NCBI GenBank assembly: GCA_963734585.1
Contig: CAVTHJ010000003.1
Location: 156,005-220,004 of the forward strand
Direction of reading: 5' to 3'
Length of the DNA stretch: 64,000 nucleotides
Origin: an uncultured beta proteobacterium
GTDB taxonomy: Bacteria; Pseudomonadota; Gammaproteobacteria; Burkholderiales; Gallionellaceae
Shown here: one piece after another, positions 32,637 to 45,720 of the stretch
Numbering within the stretch: position 1 is the stretch's first letter
How the letters are laid out: each line of letters opens with the position of its first letter
Program-made: the position numbers and the translations under genes
The notes under the pieces: generated by a model
What the model saw: only the letters and a program-made list of their open reading frames with translations
The model's database searches: none
Told to the model about the DNA's origin: nothing

Positions 32637-32715
32637 CCGGTAAATCTTTGCAGGAGACCGTCGTTATTGGCTTGGTGGCGCTCCGGCAGTCGCCCCGACA
32701 GGATACATAAAAACC

Positions 32716-32741
32716 AAAAACGTCAGGCTGCTGACGTTTTT
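32716..32741. terminator. Terminator-like hairpin after the HD-GYP gene
   Basis: AAAAACGTCAG-GCTG-CTGACGTTTTT perfect inverted repeat. Confidence 0.6.
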
Positions 32742-32779
32742 TGTCACTCCGGACTGTGGAATTGCAGGTCTATTCCCGT

Positions 32780-34405
32780 TCAGGGGGTGTAGCCCGGAAT
32801 CCTGCTTTCATCCACCTCGTCGATCTGCTCCGGCTTGAGGAATTGCCTGGCGTAGGCAAGATAGACTTTTTCGCGAATGAACACATCGAACAGGTCGGGA
32901 TCGATGTGTCCGTTTTCCTTGAATTTGCCCAGGATGGCGAGCGATTCGGTGAGGGTCTTGCCTTCCTTGTACGGGCGATCCTTGGCCGTGAGCGCCTCGA
33001 AGATGTCGGCGATGCCCATGACCCGCGCCTGTATCGACATCTGTTCGCGCGTCAGCCCCTTGGGATAGCCCTTGCCGTCCATGCGCTCGTGGTGTCCGCC
33101 CGCATATTCCGGCACATGCTTGAGATGGTTCGGCCAGGGCAGCGCTTCCAGCATCTTGATGGTGACGTTGATGTGGTGGTTGATGATCTCGCGCTCCGCG
33201 GCGGTGAGCGTGCCGGCGCGGATGGTGAGGTTCTCCACTTCTTCCGCGGTCAGGAAATCTGCCTGCTCGCCCCGTACGTTGCGCCATTGGTAGCGGGCGA
33301 TCTGTTGCACGCGCTCGACGTCGGCATCCTGCATCTTTTCGGAACCGATGTTGCACAGGCGCAGGAATTCGCGGTCGTCATCGAGCTGGCTGATATAGGC
33401 TGCATACTCGGCCGCATTCCTCTCGCCTTTCAGCATCGCGATCTCGGCATCGCGCTTGAGCACTTCGAAGCGCGTGTCGATCAGATGGATGCGATCGAAG
33501 ATGGTCTGCAGCTTGGTGGATTTGTCGACCACATGCACTGGCGTGGTGATCTTGCCGCAATCGTGCAGCAGGCCGGCGATCTTGAGTTCGTAGCGATCCT
33601 TGTCGGTCAGGTTGAAGTCTTTGAGCGCGCCCGGTTTGCTGCGGTTCGCCGCTTCCGCCAGCATCATGGTCAGCGCCGGGACGCGCGCGCAGTGTCCGCC
33701 GGTGTAGGGCGATTTGTCGTCGATGGCGGTGTTGATCAGGTTGATCAGGGATTCGAACAGCTCTTCGAGTTGCTGGATCAGGCGGCGGTTGCTCAGCGCG
33801 ATGGCGGCCTGCGAAGCCAGCGATTCGAGCAGTTGCTGGTCGTCCTTGGAGAACTGTTTGACCTCGCCGGTCTTGGCGTCGAGCGCGTTGATGAGCTGCA
33901 GCACGCCGATGATCTCGTGCTCGTGGTTGCGCATCGGCACGGCCAGGAACGAGCGCGAGTGGTAGCCGGTCTTGGCGTCGAATTTTTTGGTGCCGGAAAA
34001 ATCGAAGCCTTCGGCGATGTAGGCATCCGGGATGTTGACGGTCTCGCCGCGCAGCACGGAGTAGCTCACCACCATCGCCAGATTCGGCTCGCCGTCGTGA
34101 TACAGCGCGATGGGGTAGAACGGGATCGGGTTGCCGGAGGTGCCGCCCATGCGGATGTTGAGCGAGTCGTTGTGCAATATCTCGAAGGTCAGCACCTGCT
34201 TTTCGGCATCGACCAGATACAGCGTTCCCGCATCGGCGTTGGTGATCTTGCGGGCCGCATTCAGGATGTTTTCCAGCAGGCGATTGATGTCGCGCTCGCT
34301 GGACAGTGCGGCGCCGATGGCATTGAGGTCGTTGAGGCGATTGAGCAGCCTCTCCAGCAAGATACGCTGTGCCTGCTCCTGCGCCAGTACCTTGTCCGTA
34401 TCCAT
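32780..34405 (-). CDS. GAF + HD-GYP cyclic dinucleotide phosphodiesterase
   Basis: GAF (FDAKTGYHSRSFLAVPM...GVLQLIN...FSKDD); SPYTGGHCARV, LLHDCGK, HHERMDGKGYP, IADIFEALT. Confidence 0.92.
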   Translation of the reverse strand: MDTDKVLAQEQAQRILLERLLNRLNDLNAIGAALSSERDINRLLENILNAARKITNADAGTLYLVDAEKQVLTFEILHNDSLNIRMGGTSGNPIPFYPIALYHDGEPNLAMVVSYSVLRGETVNIPDAYIAEGFDFSGTKKFDAKTGYHSRSFLAVPMRNHEHEIIGVLQLINALDAKTGEVKQFSKDDQQLLESLASQAAIALSNRRLIQQLEELFESLINLINTAIDDKSPYTGGHCARVPALTMMLAEAANRSKPGALKDFNLTDKDRYELKIAGLLHDCGKITTPVHVVDKSTKLQTIFDRIHLIDTRFEVLKRDAEIAMLKGERNAAEYAAYISQLDDDREFLRLCNIGSEKMQDADVERVQQIARYQWRNVRGEQADFLTAEEVENLTIRAGTLTAAEREIINHHINVTIKMLEALPWPNHLKHVPEYAGGHHERMDGKGYPKGLTREQMSIQARVMGIADIFEALTAKDRPYKEGKTLTESLAILGKFKENGHIDPDLFDVFIREKVYLAYARQFLKPEQIDEVDESRIPGYTP

Positions 34406-34408
34406 TGC

Positions 34409-36806
34409 CTACTTGATACACACCGCGCGCACTTGGTGGATGTCGGTGATGCCGCTCAGGACCTTTTCGATACCGTCCTGTTTCAGGGTGCGCATCCCTT
34501 CTTCCAGTGCGAGGGCGAACAGCTCTGCCACGCGCGCGTGTTCCTGGATGGCCTTCTTCACGGGGTCGGTGCCGATCAGCAATTCGTGCAAGCCGACGCG
34601 CCCGCGATAGCCGGTGTTCGCGCATTTGTCGCAACCGACCTTCTCATACAGCGTGATCTGGCCTTTGTCGTCGCCGAACAGTTTGACCCACTCGGCATAC
34701 AGCGTCTTGAGTGCACCGTTCGGGTCTTTCTTCCAGGTTTCGGTGTTGCGCATTTCCTCGGCATATTCGGTGAGCAGCGACTTGATCTCATCCTGCGACG
34801 CGATGTGCGCCTTTTTGCAGTCTTTGCACAGGCGCTTGGCCAGACGTTGCGCCAGGATGCCGAGCAAGGCATCGGCGAAGTTGAACGGATCCATGCCCAT
34901 GTCCAGCAGACGGATGATGGATTCCGGCGCGCTGTTGGTGTGCAGGGTGGCGAACACCAGGTGGCCGGTGAGCGATGCCTCGATGCCGGTGGAGACGGTT
35001 TCCTTGTCGCGCATTTCGCCGACCATGATCACGTCCGGGTCGGCACGCAGGAAGGAGCGCATGATGGTGGCGAAATCCAGTCCGGCCTTCTTGTTGACCT
35101 GCACCTGGCGCAGACCTTTTTGCGTGATTTCCACCGGATCTTCCGCCGTCCAAATCTTGGTATCCGGCGTGTTGATGTGCTTCAGGATGGAGTGCAGCGT
35201 GGTGGTTTTACCGGAACCGGTCGGACCGCACACGAAGAACAGACCGTAAGGCTTGCTGACCGTCTTCTTCACCAGTTCCAGATTGCGCTTGGAGAAGCCC
35301 ATCTGGTCGAGCGGGATGGGTTCGCCGGAGGCCAGGATACGCATCACCACGTCTTCCACACCGCCCTGCGAAGGTATGGTGGCCACGCGCAACTCGATGT
35401 CCAGCGGGCCGTATTTCTTGAACTTGATCTTGCCGTCCTGCGGCTTGCGCTTCTCCGAGATGTCGAGATCGCACATGATCTTGAGGCGGGTGACCAGCGC
35501 ATTGCGATAGGTGGCAGGCACCTCGATGTAGTTCAACAGCGAACCGTCCTTGCGCAGACGTATCCCCGTCTTGCCCTTGCCCGGCATGGGCTCGATGTGG
35601 ATATCCGATGCGCCCATCTTGTATGCGTCGATGATGATCTTGTTCACCAGCTTGACCAGTTCGTTGTCGGCCGCCGCGCTGACGTCGTCCTGGCTGGCTG
35701 CGGACACGTCCTCATCTTCACCCAGTGAGGTAAGCAGATCGTCCACCGAACCTTCCATGTCGGCGAAATTGCCGGTGGCATCGCCAACCCCGGCGCTGCT
35801 CCCGCCGCCATAGAACTGGTCGAGCGTGGACTTGAACTCGCGTTGCGTACAGACTTTATAGACCAGCCGGTTCTTGGGAAAGATGTTGTTGACCACGCGC
35901 GAGGCTTGTATCCGCTCCGGATCGGTGGTGAGGATGATCACGCCTTCCGCCGTGTCGTCCACCGGGATCCAGTGACTGCTCTCCACATACTCGCGCTTCA
36001 GGTTGCGCAGCAACTCCGACTGGTTTGATCCGGTCCGCCTTGAAAGGCTCATAAGGCACCCCGAAGAAGCTGGACAGCGCCTTGCCCAATGCTTCCGGTT
36101 TGACCTGGAACTCATCCAGCAAAACGTCTTCGACATCCACACCCTTGCGCCGTGCGGTGCGCGTCGCCAGTTCGAATTCGGCCGCGGACATCACCGCATC
36201 GGAGACGAGATAGTCGTACTTGGTCTTGACCGAACCGGCCTGTTGCTGGCGCTGCTTGAGCGCGACCGCCAAGGTCTGCGTCAGCTCGCGCGCGCCCTCT
36301 TCCACCATGGAAGGGAAAGGCATGCCGGCCTTGTTGTTGATGACCTGCATCACGCCGATCAGGTCGCCACCGTCCACATCGACGATGGGGGCGACCAGCA
36401 TCTGCTTGGTACGGTAGCCGGTACGCCTATCCACATCCTGCAGGAAACGCAACGTCGTGCTGTAAGTCGCCAGCTCATGCTCGTCGTACACGTCCTTGAG
36501 GTTGAGCATCTTCTTGTGGAAGGCGGCATAGCCCGCGATGCTCTGCTCGGCGATGGGCAGCTTGAGGTCCTTGAACGAATTCAGGCCGGTCTTGACTTTG
36601 GAGATCAGCGACGCCTTGTCTTCGCCGACCACATAGATCGTCAACCGATCCGCGTTGAACAGCGTGCAGATGTCTTTGCTGACATCCAGCATGATCTCGT
36701 CGATGTTGCTGGTGGCGTGTATCTTGTTGGTGACGTGGTTGAGGTTCTTGGTGAATTCCAAGCGCAACCCCATCTCGTTCACATTGCCTTGTACCGGACT
36801 AGCCAT
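34409..36806 (-). CDS. PilB/GspE-family assembly ATPase with N-terminal GAF domain (single frameshift ~36020)
   Basis: GAF (DRRTGYRTKQMLVAPI...GVMQVINNK...F), then ASDIHIEP, PQDGKI, Walker A GPTGSGKT, AEDPVE, DPDVIMVGEMRD, TGHLVFATLHTN, two CxxC. Confidence 0.9.
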
Positions 36807-36833
36807 ACCCTTTTCTCCCCGATTTCCCGAATG

Positions 36834-37910
36834 CTACTGTTGCTGTGCCTTGGGCACCGACCACAAACCGTTTTCCAGGACATACACGTCATAACCCGCT
36901 TGCGCCAGGATGAAAGCCGCCGCGGCGCTGCGGCGCCCGCTTTGACAGTACGCGATATAGGCCGTCGCCTTGCTCAGCACGCCGATGGCGTTGCGAATGT
37001 CATTGAGCGGAACGTTGATCGCCCCCGGCAGTTTGTCATAGCGATATTCCGGCGGATGCCGCACATCCAGCCACACGGCACCCTCTGCCACTTTCTGTTT
37101 GGCATCCTGATAGCCGATGCGGCGCAACAGCGGCTCTTGCATCAACTTCAGAAAATCCTGTTTCTTCAGTCGCAGCAAGACTCCGTTGCTCTTCATCGTT
37201 ACCGTGGCATTGCGTTTGGTATCGGAGATCAGCGCCTCTTCCCCGAACACGTCGCCCGCCTTGAGCTCCGCCAGCACCAGATTCGCTCCGCCGACCAGCC
37301 GCGTCACCTGGGCGCGCCCGCTTTCGATGAGATAGTAATAGTCGCCATCGTCGCCTTCGTGAATGATGACATCCTTGTCCCATACCGCGATAGCCTCGAT
37401 GCAGTTGAGCAGTTTGCCGATGTTGGCCGATGGCAGGTGCGCGAACGGGCTGTTGCTCAGGTTTTCGGCGCTGAACATGCCGGAATTGAGCATTCTTTTC
37501 ACCGCGGATGCGGAGCCATCTTTCTGCGCCAGCGGCTTCACATCGTCGTGATAGGCAAACTGGTCCCACGTCACCATGCGATCCAGCAGTTCGTCGTCCA
37601 CCCGCAGCAACTGCACATTGCTCAGCGCCTGCGCCGAACGGATGGCCGGCTGGCGCTTGCCGATGGGATGACGCGCCCATTCCGACGCGGCACGGATCAA
37701 TACGCGGTTTCCGTCCTCGTACTCCACTTCCAGTTCGCCGCGCAGCAGATAGACCGATTGTCCGTGCAGCGGACGATCCTTGAACGGGTCGCGACCTTGC
37801 GCCACGCTCTCCACATGGCAATAGTCGAGCAACTCGCGCAGGCGCGCGGGGCTGAACGAGGAGATCGGCTCCAGCGCGGCGAGTACTCTGATGTCCAGGA
37901 TATCTAGCAT
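36834..37910 (-). CDS. Tandem cNMP-binding domains + rhodanese
   Basis: Second cNMP domain IIHEGDDGDYYYLIESG...GDVFGEEAL...RNATV; first domain degenerate; rhodanese LDVRHPPEY...LPGAINVP...YCQSGRRS. Confidence 0.88.
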   Translation of the reverse strand: MLDILDIRVLAALEPISSFSPARLRELLDYCHVESVAQGRDPFKDRPLHGQSVYLLRGELEVEYEDGNRVLIRAASEWARHPIGKRQPAIRSAQALSNVQLLRVDDELLDRMVTWDQFAYHDDVKPLAQKDGSASAVKRMLNSGMFSAENLSNSPFAHLPSANIGKLLNCIEAIAVWDKDVIIHEGDDGDYYYLIESGRAQVTRLVGGANLVLAELKAGDVFGEEALISDTKRNATVTMKSNGVLLRLKKQDFLKLMQEPLLRRIGYQDAKQKVAEGAVWLDVRHPPEYRYDKLPGAINVPLNDIRNAIGVLSKATAYIAYCQSGRRSAAAAFILAQAGYDVYVLENGLWSVPKAQQQ

Positions 37911-37928
37911 GGTGGCTTCGTCCGCTCG

Positions 37929-38693
37929 CTAGAACTCGAACACCTGCCCGTTTTGCAACATCTTGGGCACGAAATTCCGGACGCACTCGCTGACTTCCTG
38001 CATGGTCAGTTCGACCTCGCCGGGCTTCAGGTGGGTGATATATATTTTCGGATCGAGCTTCAACTTGCTCAGCTCCTCGGCCAGCAATGAAGGACAAAGA
38101 TGCTTGGAGACGAGCGCCAATTCTTTTTCGGCATTGGAGAAGGCCGTCTCGACGATCAGATACTCCAAGTTACGGATACGATTGACCACTTCCCACAATG
38201 CATCGCAAGTGGTCGTATCGCCGCTGAATACGAGGCTGGTCTTGCCGCTGTCGATCTGGAAGCCGACCGCCGGAACCACGTGGTTCGCCGGCAACGGCGT
38301 GATCTTGCGCCCGCCCAGCTCCACCGTCTCGCCCAGCGCGATGCGCTCGTAACGCAGGATCGGTTGGTGCAGATTGGGGATCGCCGTGAAGTCCGGCCAT
38401 ATCTCCCAATTGAATACATGCTGCTTGAGGATAGCCAGCGTCTCGTCGGTGGCATGGATGACCAGCGGTTTGTCACGCATGAAACCCACGCTGTCCACCA
38501 GCAACGGCAAGCAGGCGATATGGTCGAGATGCGAATGCGTGACAAAGACATGGTCAATCACGCACATCTCGGCCAGGCTCAGATCGCCGACGCCGGTGCC
38601 GGCATCGATCAGTACATCGTGATCGAGCAGCATCGAGGTGGTGCGCAAATTGCCCCCGATTCCGCCGCTGCATCCCAATATTCTCAATTTCAT
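37929..38693 (-). CDS. MBL-fold 3',5'-cyclic nucleotide phosphodiesterase (class II-like)
   Basis: LGCSGG, LIDAGTG, THSHLDHI, FNWEIWPDF, NHVVP, FSGDT, HLCP, ITHLKP. Confidence 0.85.
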   Translation of the reverse strand: MKLRILGCSGGIGGNLRTTSMLLDHDVLIDAGTGVGDLSLAEMCVIDHVFVTHSHLDHIACLPLLVDSVGFMRDKPLVIHATDETLAILKQHVFNWEIWPDFTAIPNLHQPILRYERIALGETVELGGRKITPLPANHVVPAVGFQIDSGKTSLVFSGDTTTCDALWEVVNRIRNLEYLIVETAFSNAEKELALVSKHLCPSLLAEELSKLKLDPKIYITHLKPGEVELTMQEVSECVRNFVPKMLQNGQVFEF

Positions 38694-38711
38694 CTTAGCG
38701 TTCCTGCGCAC

Positions 38712-40943
38712 TTATTTCGTCTTGAAGACGAACACACCGTCCCAGTTCTCGCCGGGCGGATTGTTGCGATAATAGGCGACGCGCTCGGCGTACACCTGAT
38801 ACAGCCTGGCATCCGGCGCGATCTTCGACAGGTTGAACAATTGCAGCTCGGCCTTATCCCACTCCTGCTTGCGATACATCCGCAACGCCTGCTGGAACAG
38901 CTTGATCTCCTCCTGCAGCGCCTGCCCGACCTCACCGGCCAGCCCGAGCGGCTCGAAGATGGCCACCGGTTTTTCTTTGCCCTTCACCCGCACCAGATCG
39001 AGTTCGCGATAGACGAATTCGGGGGCTTCTTCCTTGGTGATCTCACCCACCAGGACGCCCGCACCGTATTCCTTGGTGATTCCCTCCAGCCGCGACGCCA
39101 GATTCACCGCATCACCCATCACCGTGTAGGCCACGCGCACTTCCGAACCCATGTTGCCCACGCTCACCCGCCCGGTATTGATGCCGACACCGATGTGGAT
39201 CGGTGGCCAGCCGCGTTCTTTGAAATGCGGCTGCAAAGCACTCAAGGCACGCTGCATTTCCAATCCCGACAGCACGGCATGGTAAGCATGGCGCGTATCG
39301 GGCAGCGGCGCGCCCCAGAACGCCATGATACAGTCGCCCATGTATTTATCAATTGTGCCGCGATGGCTGTAGATCACGCGCGAGAGCGGCGTCAGGAACT
39401 CGTTCATCAGCAACGACAAGTCCTTGGGCTCCAACCCTTCCGAGATCGTGGTGAACCCGCGCACGTCGGAGAACAGGATGCTCATCTCGCGGCTTTCGCC
39501 TTCCATCGAGACCTGCTCCGGATTCTTGCTCATTTCGTCCACCAGTTCGCTCGGCACATATTGGCCGAACAATCCCGTGATCTTCTTCTTGGTGCGCGAT
39601 TCGACGAAATAGCCGTAGGTCATGTTGAGCGCGAACAGGGTAAAGACCATGAACAGCGCGCCCGCCAGCGGCAATGCTGTATCGCCGTACACCCACAACG
39701 AGCCATTGACGGCGACCGCGAACAACAGCACGCCCGCCGACAGCAAGGTCCCGTGAATTGCGCTCAGCATCGGCAATAAAATGGCCAAGGTGACGCCGAT
39801 GACCAGCAACAGCAACACGTTCGCCCCCAACACGTAGGGGGGATTCTGTTTGATGTCCTGGTCGAGGATGCCGCTGATCATGTTGGCATGCACCTCCACC
39901 CCGGGATAGACCTCACCGACTGGCGTGGAGCGCATATCCATCAATCCCGGAGCGGTGGTTCCCACCAGCACGACCTTGTTCCGCAGAGCCTCCAGCGGGG
40001 CGCGCTCATGCAAGACGTCTGATGCGGAAATGTAGCGGAACGTGCCGCGCTCTCCGCGGTACGGTACCAGTGCGCTGACCTCCGCATCCACCGGGATGCG
40101 CAGTTCGCCCTGCGTCGATTCCAGCGTCAACCACTCCAGCCCGCCGTAGTTCTTGTCTTTGCCCGTCGCATAACCGGGCGTTAGCTTGGGCATCCCCAGC
40201 GCGGTACGCGCTACCGCCAACGCCAGCGATTCGTAATATGCGCCTTCATATTCGACGATCATCGGCACGCGCCGCACCACTCCGTCGAAATCGATCACCG
40301 GGTTGAAGTGCCCGGCGGACGCCGCGCTACCTTGCAGCTCGGGCAGATTCGCGCCGTAACTATCCCAGCGCATAAAAGAGATCGGGCGCCCCTTGAACGT
40401 CCCCGCCGCAAACACCGGCTCGGGCACCGCGCCGGAAATGCTCTTTTCGGCACCGCGTTCACTGTTGCTGAAATAGTATCCCAGCACGACATTGCGCCCC
40501 CTGATCTTGTCGGCGAACAGCTTGTCGTATTCGAGGTGAGGCTTGATCTTGGTCAGCACGGACTGGAACTGTGCCATGTCTTTGAACTGGTTCCGCCCCA
40601 GGTCTTGCAACACCTTCAGACCGGAACTGCTGTCCTTTTCGGCGAACACGACGTCGAACCCGACCACCACGATGCCATAACGCTCGAACAGTTTGTCCAT
40701 CAGCGTCGCCATCTTGTCGCGACTCCACGGCCAGCGACCGTCCTCTTTGAGGCTCTTTTCGTCGATATCGAGGATGACGATGCGGTCGTCTGTCGTTCGC
40801 GGCAAAGTCAGCCGCAAACGATAGTCATATAGTTTCGCATCGATGAATTGGACAAAGCCAAGGCGGTAGAACTTGGCGGCATCGCCCAGGAACAGCAGGA
40901 CGAGAACCATGCCGAACGCGATAAGAAGTGCGTGCTTCTTCAC
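38712..40943 (-). CDS. CHASE2-domain class III adenylate cyclase
   Basis: CHASE2 (IDEKSL...GRWPWSR, DGVVRR, PGVEVHA), 3 TM helices, cyclase FSDVRGFT, DKYMGD, YTVMGDAVNLASR; Lys/Thr pair indicates ATP specificity; C-terminal WDGVF. Confidence 0.92.
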   Translation of the reverse strand: MKKHALLIAFGMVLVLLFLGDAAKFYRLGFVQFIDAKLYDYRLRLTLPRTTDDRIVILDIDEKSLKEDGRWPWSRDKMATLMDKLFERYGIVVVGFDVVFAEKDSSSGLKVLQDLGRNQFKDMAQFQSVLTKIKPHLEYDKLFADKIRGRNVVLGYYFSNSERGAEKSISGAVPEPVFAAGTFKGRPISFMRWDSYGANLPELQGSAASAGHFNPVIDFDGVVRRVPMIVEYEGAYYESLALAVARTALGMPKLTPGYATGKDKNYGGLEWLTLESTQGELRIPVDAEVSALVPYRGERGTFRYISASDVLHERAPLEALRNKVVLVGTTAPGLMDMRSTPVGEVYPGVEVHANMISGILDQDIKQNPPYVLGANVLLLLVIGVTLAILLPMLSAIHGTLLSAGVLLFAVAVNGSLWVYGDTALPLAGALFMVFTLFALNMTYGYFVESRTKKKITGLFGQYVPSELVDEMSKNPEQVSMEGESREMSILFSDVRGFTTISEGLEPKDLSLLMNEFLTPLSRVIYSHRGTIDKYMGDCIMAFWGAPLPDTRHAYHAVLSGLEMQRALSALQPHFKERGWPPIHIGVGINTGRVSVGNMGSEVRVAYTVMGDAVNLASRLEGITKEYGAGVLVGEITKEEAPEFVYRELDLVRVKGKEKPVAIFEPLGLAGEVGQALQEEIKLFQQALRMYRKQEWDKAELQLFNLSKIAPDARLYQVYAERVAYYRNNPPGENWDGVFVFKTK

Positions 40944-40999
40944 TCGTTACCCCGCCCCTCATACCCTCGGCTTGCGCGCTGACTGATCACTTTGTGCAA

Positions 41000-41746
41000 T
41001 CAGGTCTTGAAGTAGAACTCCATCTTCACACCTGCCAGCTCGATGAGGTCATGGTCGCCCAGCTGATGTGGTTGCTCGCCGATGGAAGAACCGTTGACAG
41101 TGGGGAAACTGCCGCCTTCCACATGGGTGATGAAATAGCCGTGCGGCCGGCGCGCCAGCACCGCCACCTGCACGCCCGGCTTGCCCAACGTAGTCAGGTT
41201 CTTGATCAATTCAAGCTCCTTCCCCGAATTGGGACCGTTCAGGATTTGCACCACCGCCGCCGGCGGCTGTCCTCCCGTCGTGTCGGCCGCCGTGCGGCTG
41301 CCCGTCGCATTGAACTGAGTGTTTTCCGGTTTGTGCATCGCGACGTCCACTTGCGTCTTGGTGAACCCCTCGTCCATCTTGACCGCAGCTGCCGTCCGCA
41401 CCGGGGCGCGTAACACCATGGTCTTTTCAAAATCCGCCGCCGAGGTCTGTGTCGGCTGGTCGTTCAGGTACTTCAATTTGTATTTGCCGATCTCGATCAG
41501 ATCGTTGTTCTGCAGGAAGTGCTTCTTGGTCGGCGTGCCATTGACCGTCAGGCCATTGGTGCTGTCCAGATCCTCCAGAAAAGAATCGTTCAGGATGGTG
41601 ACGATGGCCGCATGCTCGCTGCTCACCGCGAGGTTATCGATCACGATATCGTTGTGCGGCTTGCGCCCGATGGTGGTGCGCTCTTTGTTCAGCGGATATT
41701 CTTTCAGCACCGCCCCGTCCATGCTGAGTATCAATTTAGCCGGCAT
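41000..41746 (-). CDS. Tandem FHA-domain protein
   Basis: FHA1 IGRKPHND...VSSEHA...DLDSTNG intact; second FHA degenerate (LTTLGKPG...VNG...DLIELAG). Confidence 0.9.
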   Translation of the reverse strand: MPAKLILSMDGAVLKEYPLNKERTTIGRKPHNDIVIDNLAVSSEHAAIVTILNDSFLEDLDSTNGLTVNGTPTKKHFLQNNDLIEIGKYKLKYLNDQPTQTSAADFEKTMVLRAPVRTAAAVKMDEGFTKTQVDVAMHKPENTQFNATGSRTAADTTGGQPPAAVVQILNGPNSGKELELIKNLTTLGKPGVQVAVLARRPHGYFITHVEGGSFPTVNGSSIGEQPHQLGDHDLIELAGVKMEFYFKT

Positions 41747-41778
41747 ATCATCAATCCCCGTAGTTAACTTTTGCTATC

Positions 41779-42603
41779 TCAATTTCCAAACCAGGTACGC
41801 AATTTCGCCCACAAGCCGCGAGGGGCGGGGAAACGTCCTTTCACCTTCACCAGAATGACCGACACGTTATCGCGTCCGCCATTGTCATTCGCCAGCTGGA
41901 TCAACTGTGTCGCCGCCAGAGGCAGGTTATTCTGCAACATCTGCAACGTTGTCCCGATGTCTTCGTCCTCAACCATGTCGTTCAGGCCATCGGAGCACAG
42001 CAGATAAACATCCCCGACCCGAACCTCATGCACATGCACCTCCGGCTCCACGTCGGCATCGACACCGACCGCTCGCGTCACCAGGTTCTTGTTCTTGGAG
42101 AGACGCGCATCTTCCTTGCTGATCAATCCGCTGTCGATCTGCTCCTGCAGCAACGAGTGGTCGCGCGTGACAGTCTCGAACTCTTCGCCGCGCAGGCGGT
42201 ACATGCGCGAATCGCCAACATGCGCCACTGCCACGCGGTCATCGTAGAACAATGCGGTGACGATAGTCGTCCCCATCCCGGCATATTGCGGTTGGCTCTG
42301 CGCCGCGTGAAAGATGGACAGGTTGGCCTTCTTCACATTGTCACGCAACAGCGCCACACCCAGCTCTTCACCGGCCTCGTCCAAATCTTCTGGGCGTGCG
42401 CCCTCCAGATGGTGCCGCACCTCGCTGGACAGCACGGAGACCGCGATGCCGCTGGCCACTTCGCCCGCATTATAGCCGCCCATACCGTCTGCCAGCACCA
42501 CCAGCCCGAGCCTTGCATCGAATGCGACGCTGTCCTCGTTATGCGAGCGCACCATGCCAGGATTGGTCTGGCTGATTATTTCGAGCGCATCTTGTATATC
42601 CAC
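41779..42603 (-). CDS. PP2C/Stp1-type Ser/Thr phosphatase
   Basis: RSHNED, ADGMGG, GMGTT, HVGDSR, LLCSDGL, GGRDN. Confidence 0.95.
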   Translation of the reverse strand: MDIQDALEIISQTNPGMVRSHNEDSVAFDARLGLVVLADGMGGYNAGEVASGIAVSVLSSEVRHHLEGARPEDLDEAGEELGVALLRDNVKKANLSIFHAAQSQPQYAGMGTTIVTALFYDDRVAVAHVGDSRMYRLRGEEFETVTRDHSLLQEQIDSGLISKEDARLSKNKNLVTRAVGVDADVEPEVHVHEVRVGDVYLLCSDGLNDMVEDEDIGTTLQMLQNNLPLAATQLIQLANDNGGRDNVSVILVKVKGRFPAPRGLWAKLRTWFGN

Positions 42604-42649
42604 GTCCTACCCCTGAAAACACCCTATCGTTATCGCTTACGTCCGCCAG

Positions 42650-45181
<2,532 letters not shown>

Positions 45182-45280
45182 ATTCGCCTTGCCCGTTTTT
45201 ACTCAATCCCTGAGCCTACGGGGGCGAATACTAAAACATTTTTCAAAATCAAACCATACCTGTTTGATTTATCAGCCGTT

Positions 45281-45709
45281 TCACTTAACAAGCAACACCG
45301 GCATTTGCGCCAAATGGGCAACCTTGTTCGCCACCGATCCCAGCAGCAGATTGGAGAGCGTTTCCTGTCCATGCGCACTGATCACGATCTGATCGACATG
45401 CTGCTCTTGCGCATATTGCACGATGGCCTCGGCCGGCGTTCCCACACTGATGTGGTAGCTGTAGGCCAATCCCGCCGCATCCAGCCTGGCGCGCGCATCG
45501 GACAGCGCCGCCATACCCTGTTCGCGGTAGTAATCGTTGACGATATCCTGATTGATGAACAGTTTCACATTGCCGGAAGCCAGTTTCCATTGCACATTCA
45601 GCAAACAAACCTGCGGCACTTCCTTCAACCAAGCCACACTGGCGATCACATGCTCCACCGCGCGATTGGCACTGGCCGAGCCGTCTATGGGGATAAGTAC
45701 TTTCATCAT
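45281..45709 (-). CDS. Universal stress protein
   Basis: KVLIPIDGS...GTPAEAIV...LLGSVANKV...PVLLVK. Confidence 0.92.
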   Translation of the reverse strand: MMKVLIPIDGSASANRAVEHVIASVAWLKEVPQVCLLNVQWKLASGNVKLFINQDIVNDYYREQGMAALSDARARLDAAGLAYSYHISVGTPAEAIVQYAQEQHVDQIVISAHGQETLSNLLLGSVANKVAHLAQMPVLLVK

Positions 45710-45720
45710 CTGTTCTCCAT

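Noticed and set aside
32741-35728. 995-aa plus-strand ORF and many other long antisense ORFs (e.g. 36003-37907, 25520-27247, 38100-39779)
   Set aside because: Shadow frames of high-GC genes on the opposite strand; they have no recognisable motifs, while the minus-strand products do.
36010-36030. Programmed frameshift or phase variation in GAF-PilB
   Set aside because: No slippery heptamer or homopolymer tract at the site; it looks like the single-base insertions seen elsewhere.
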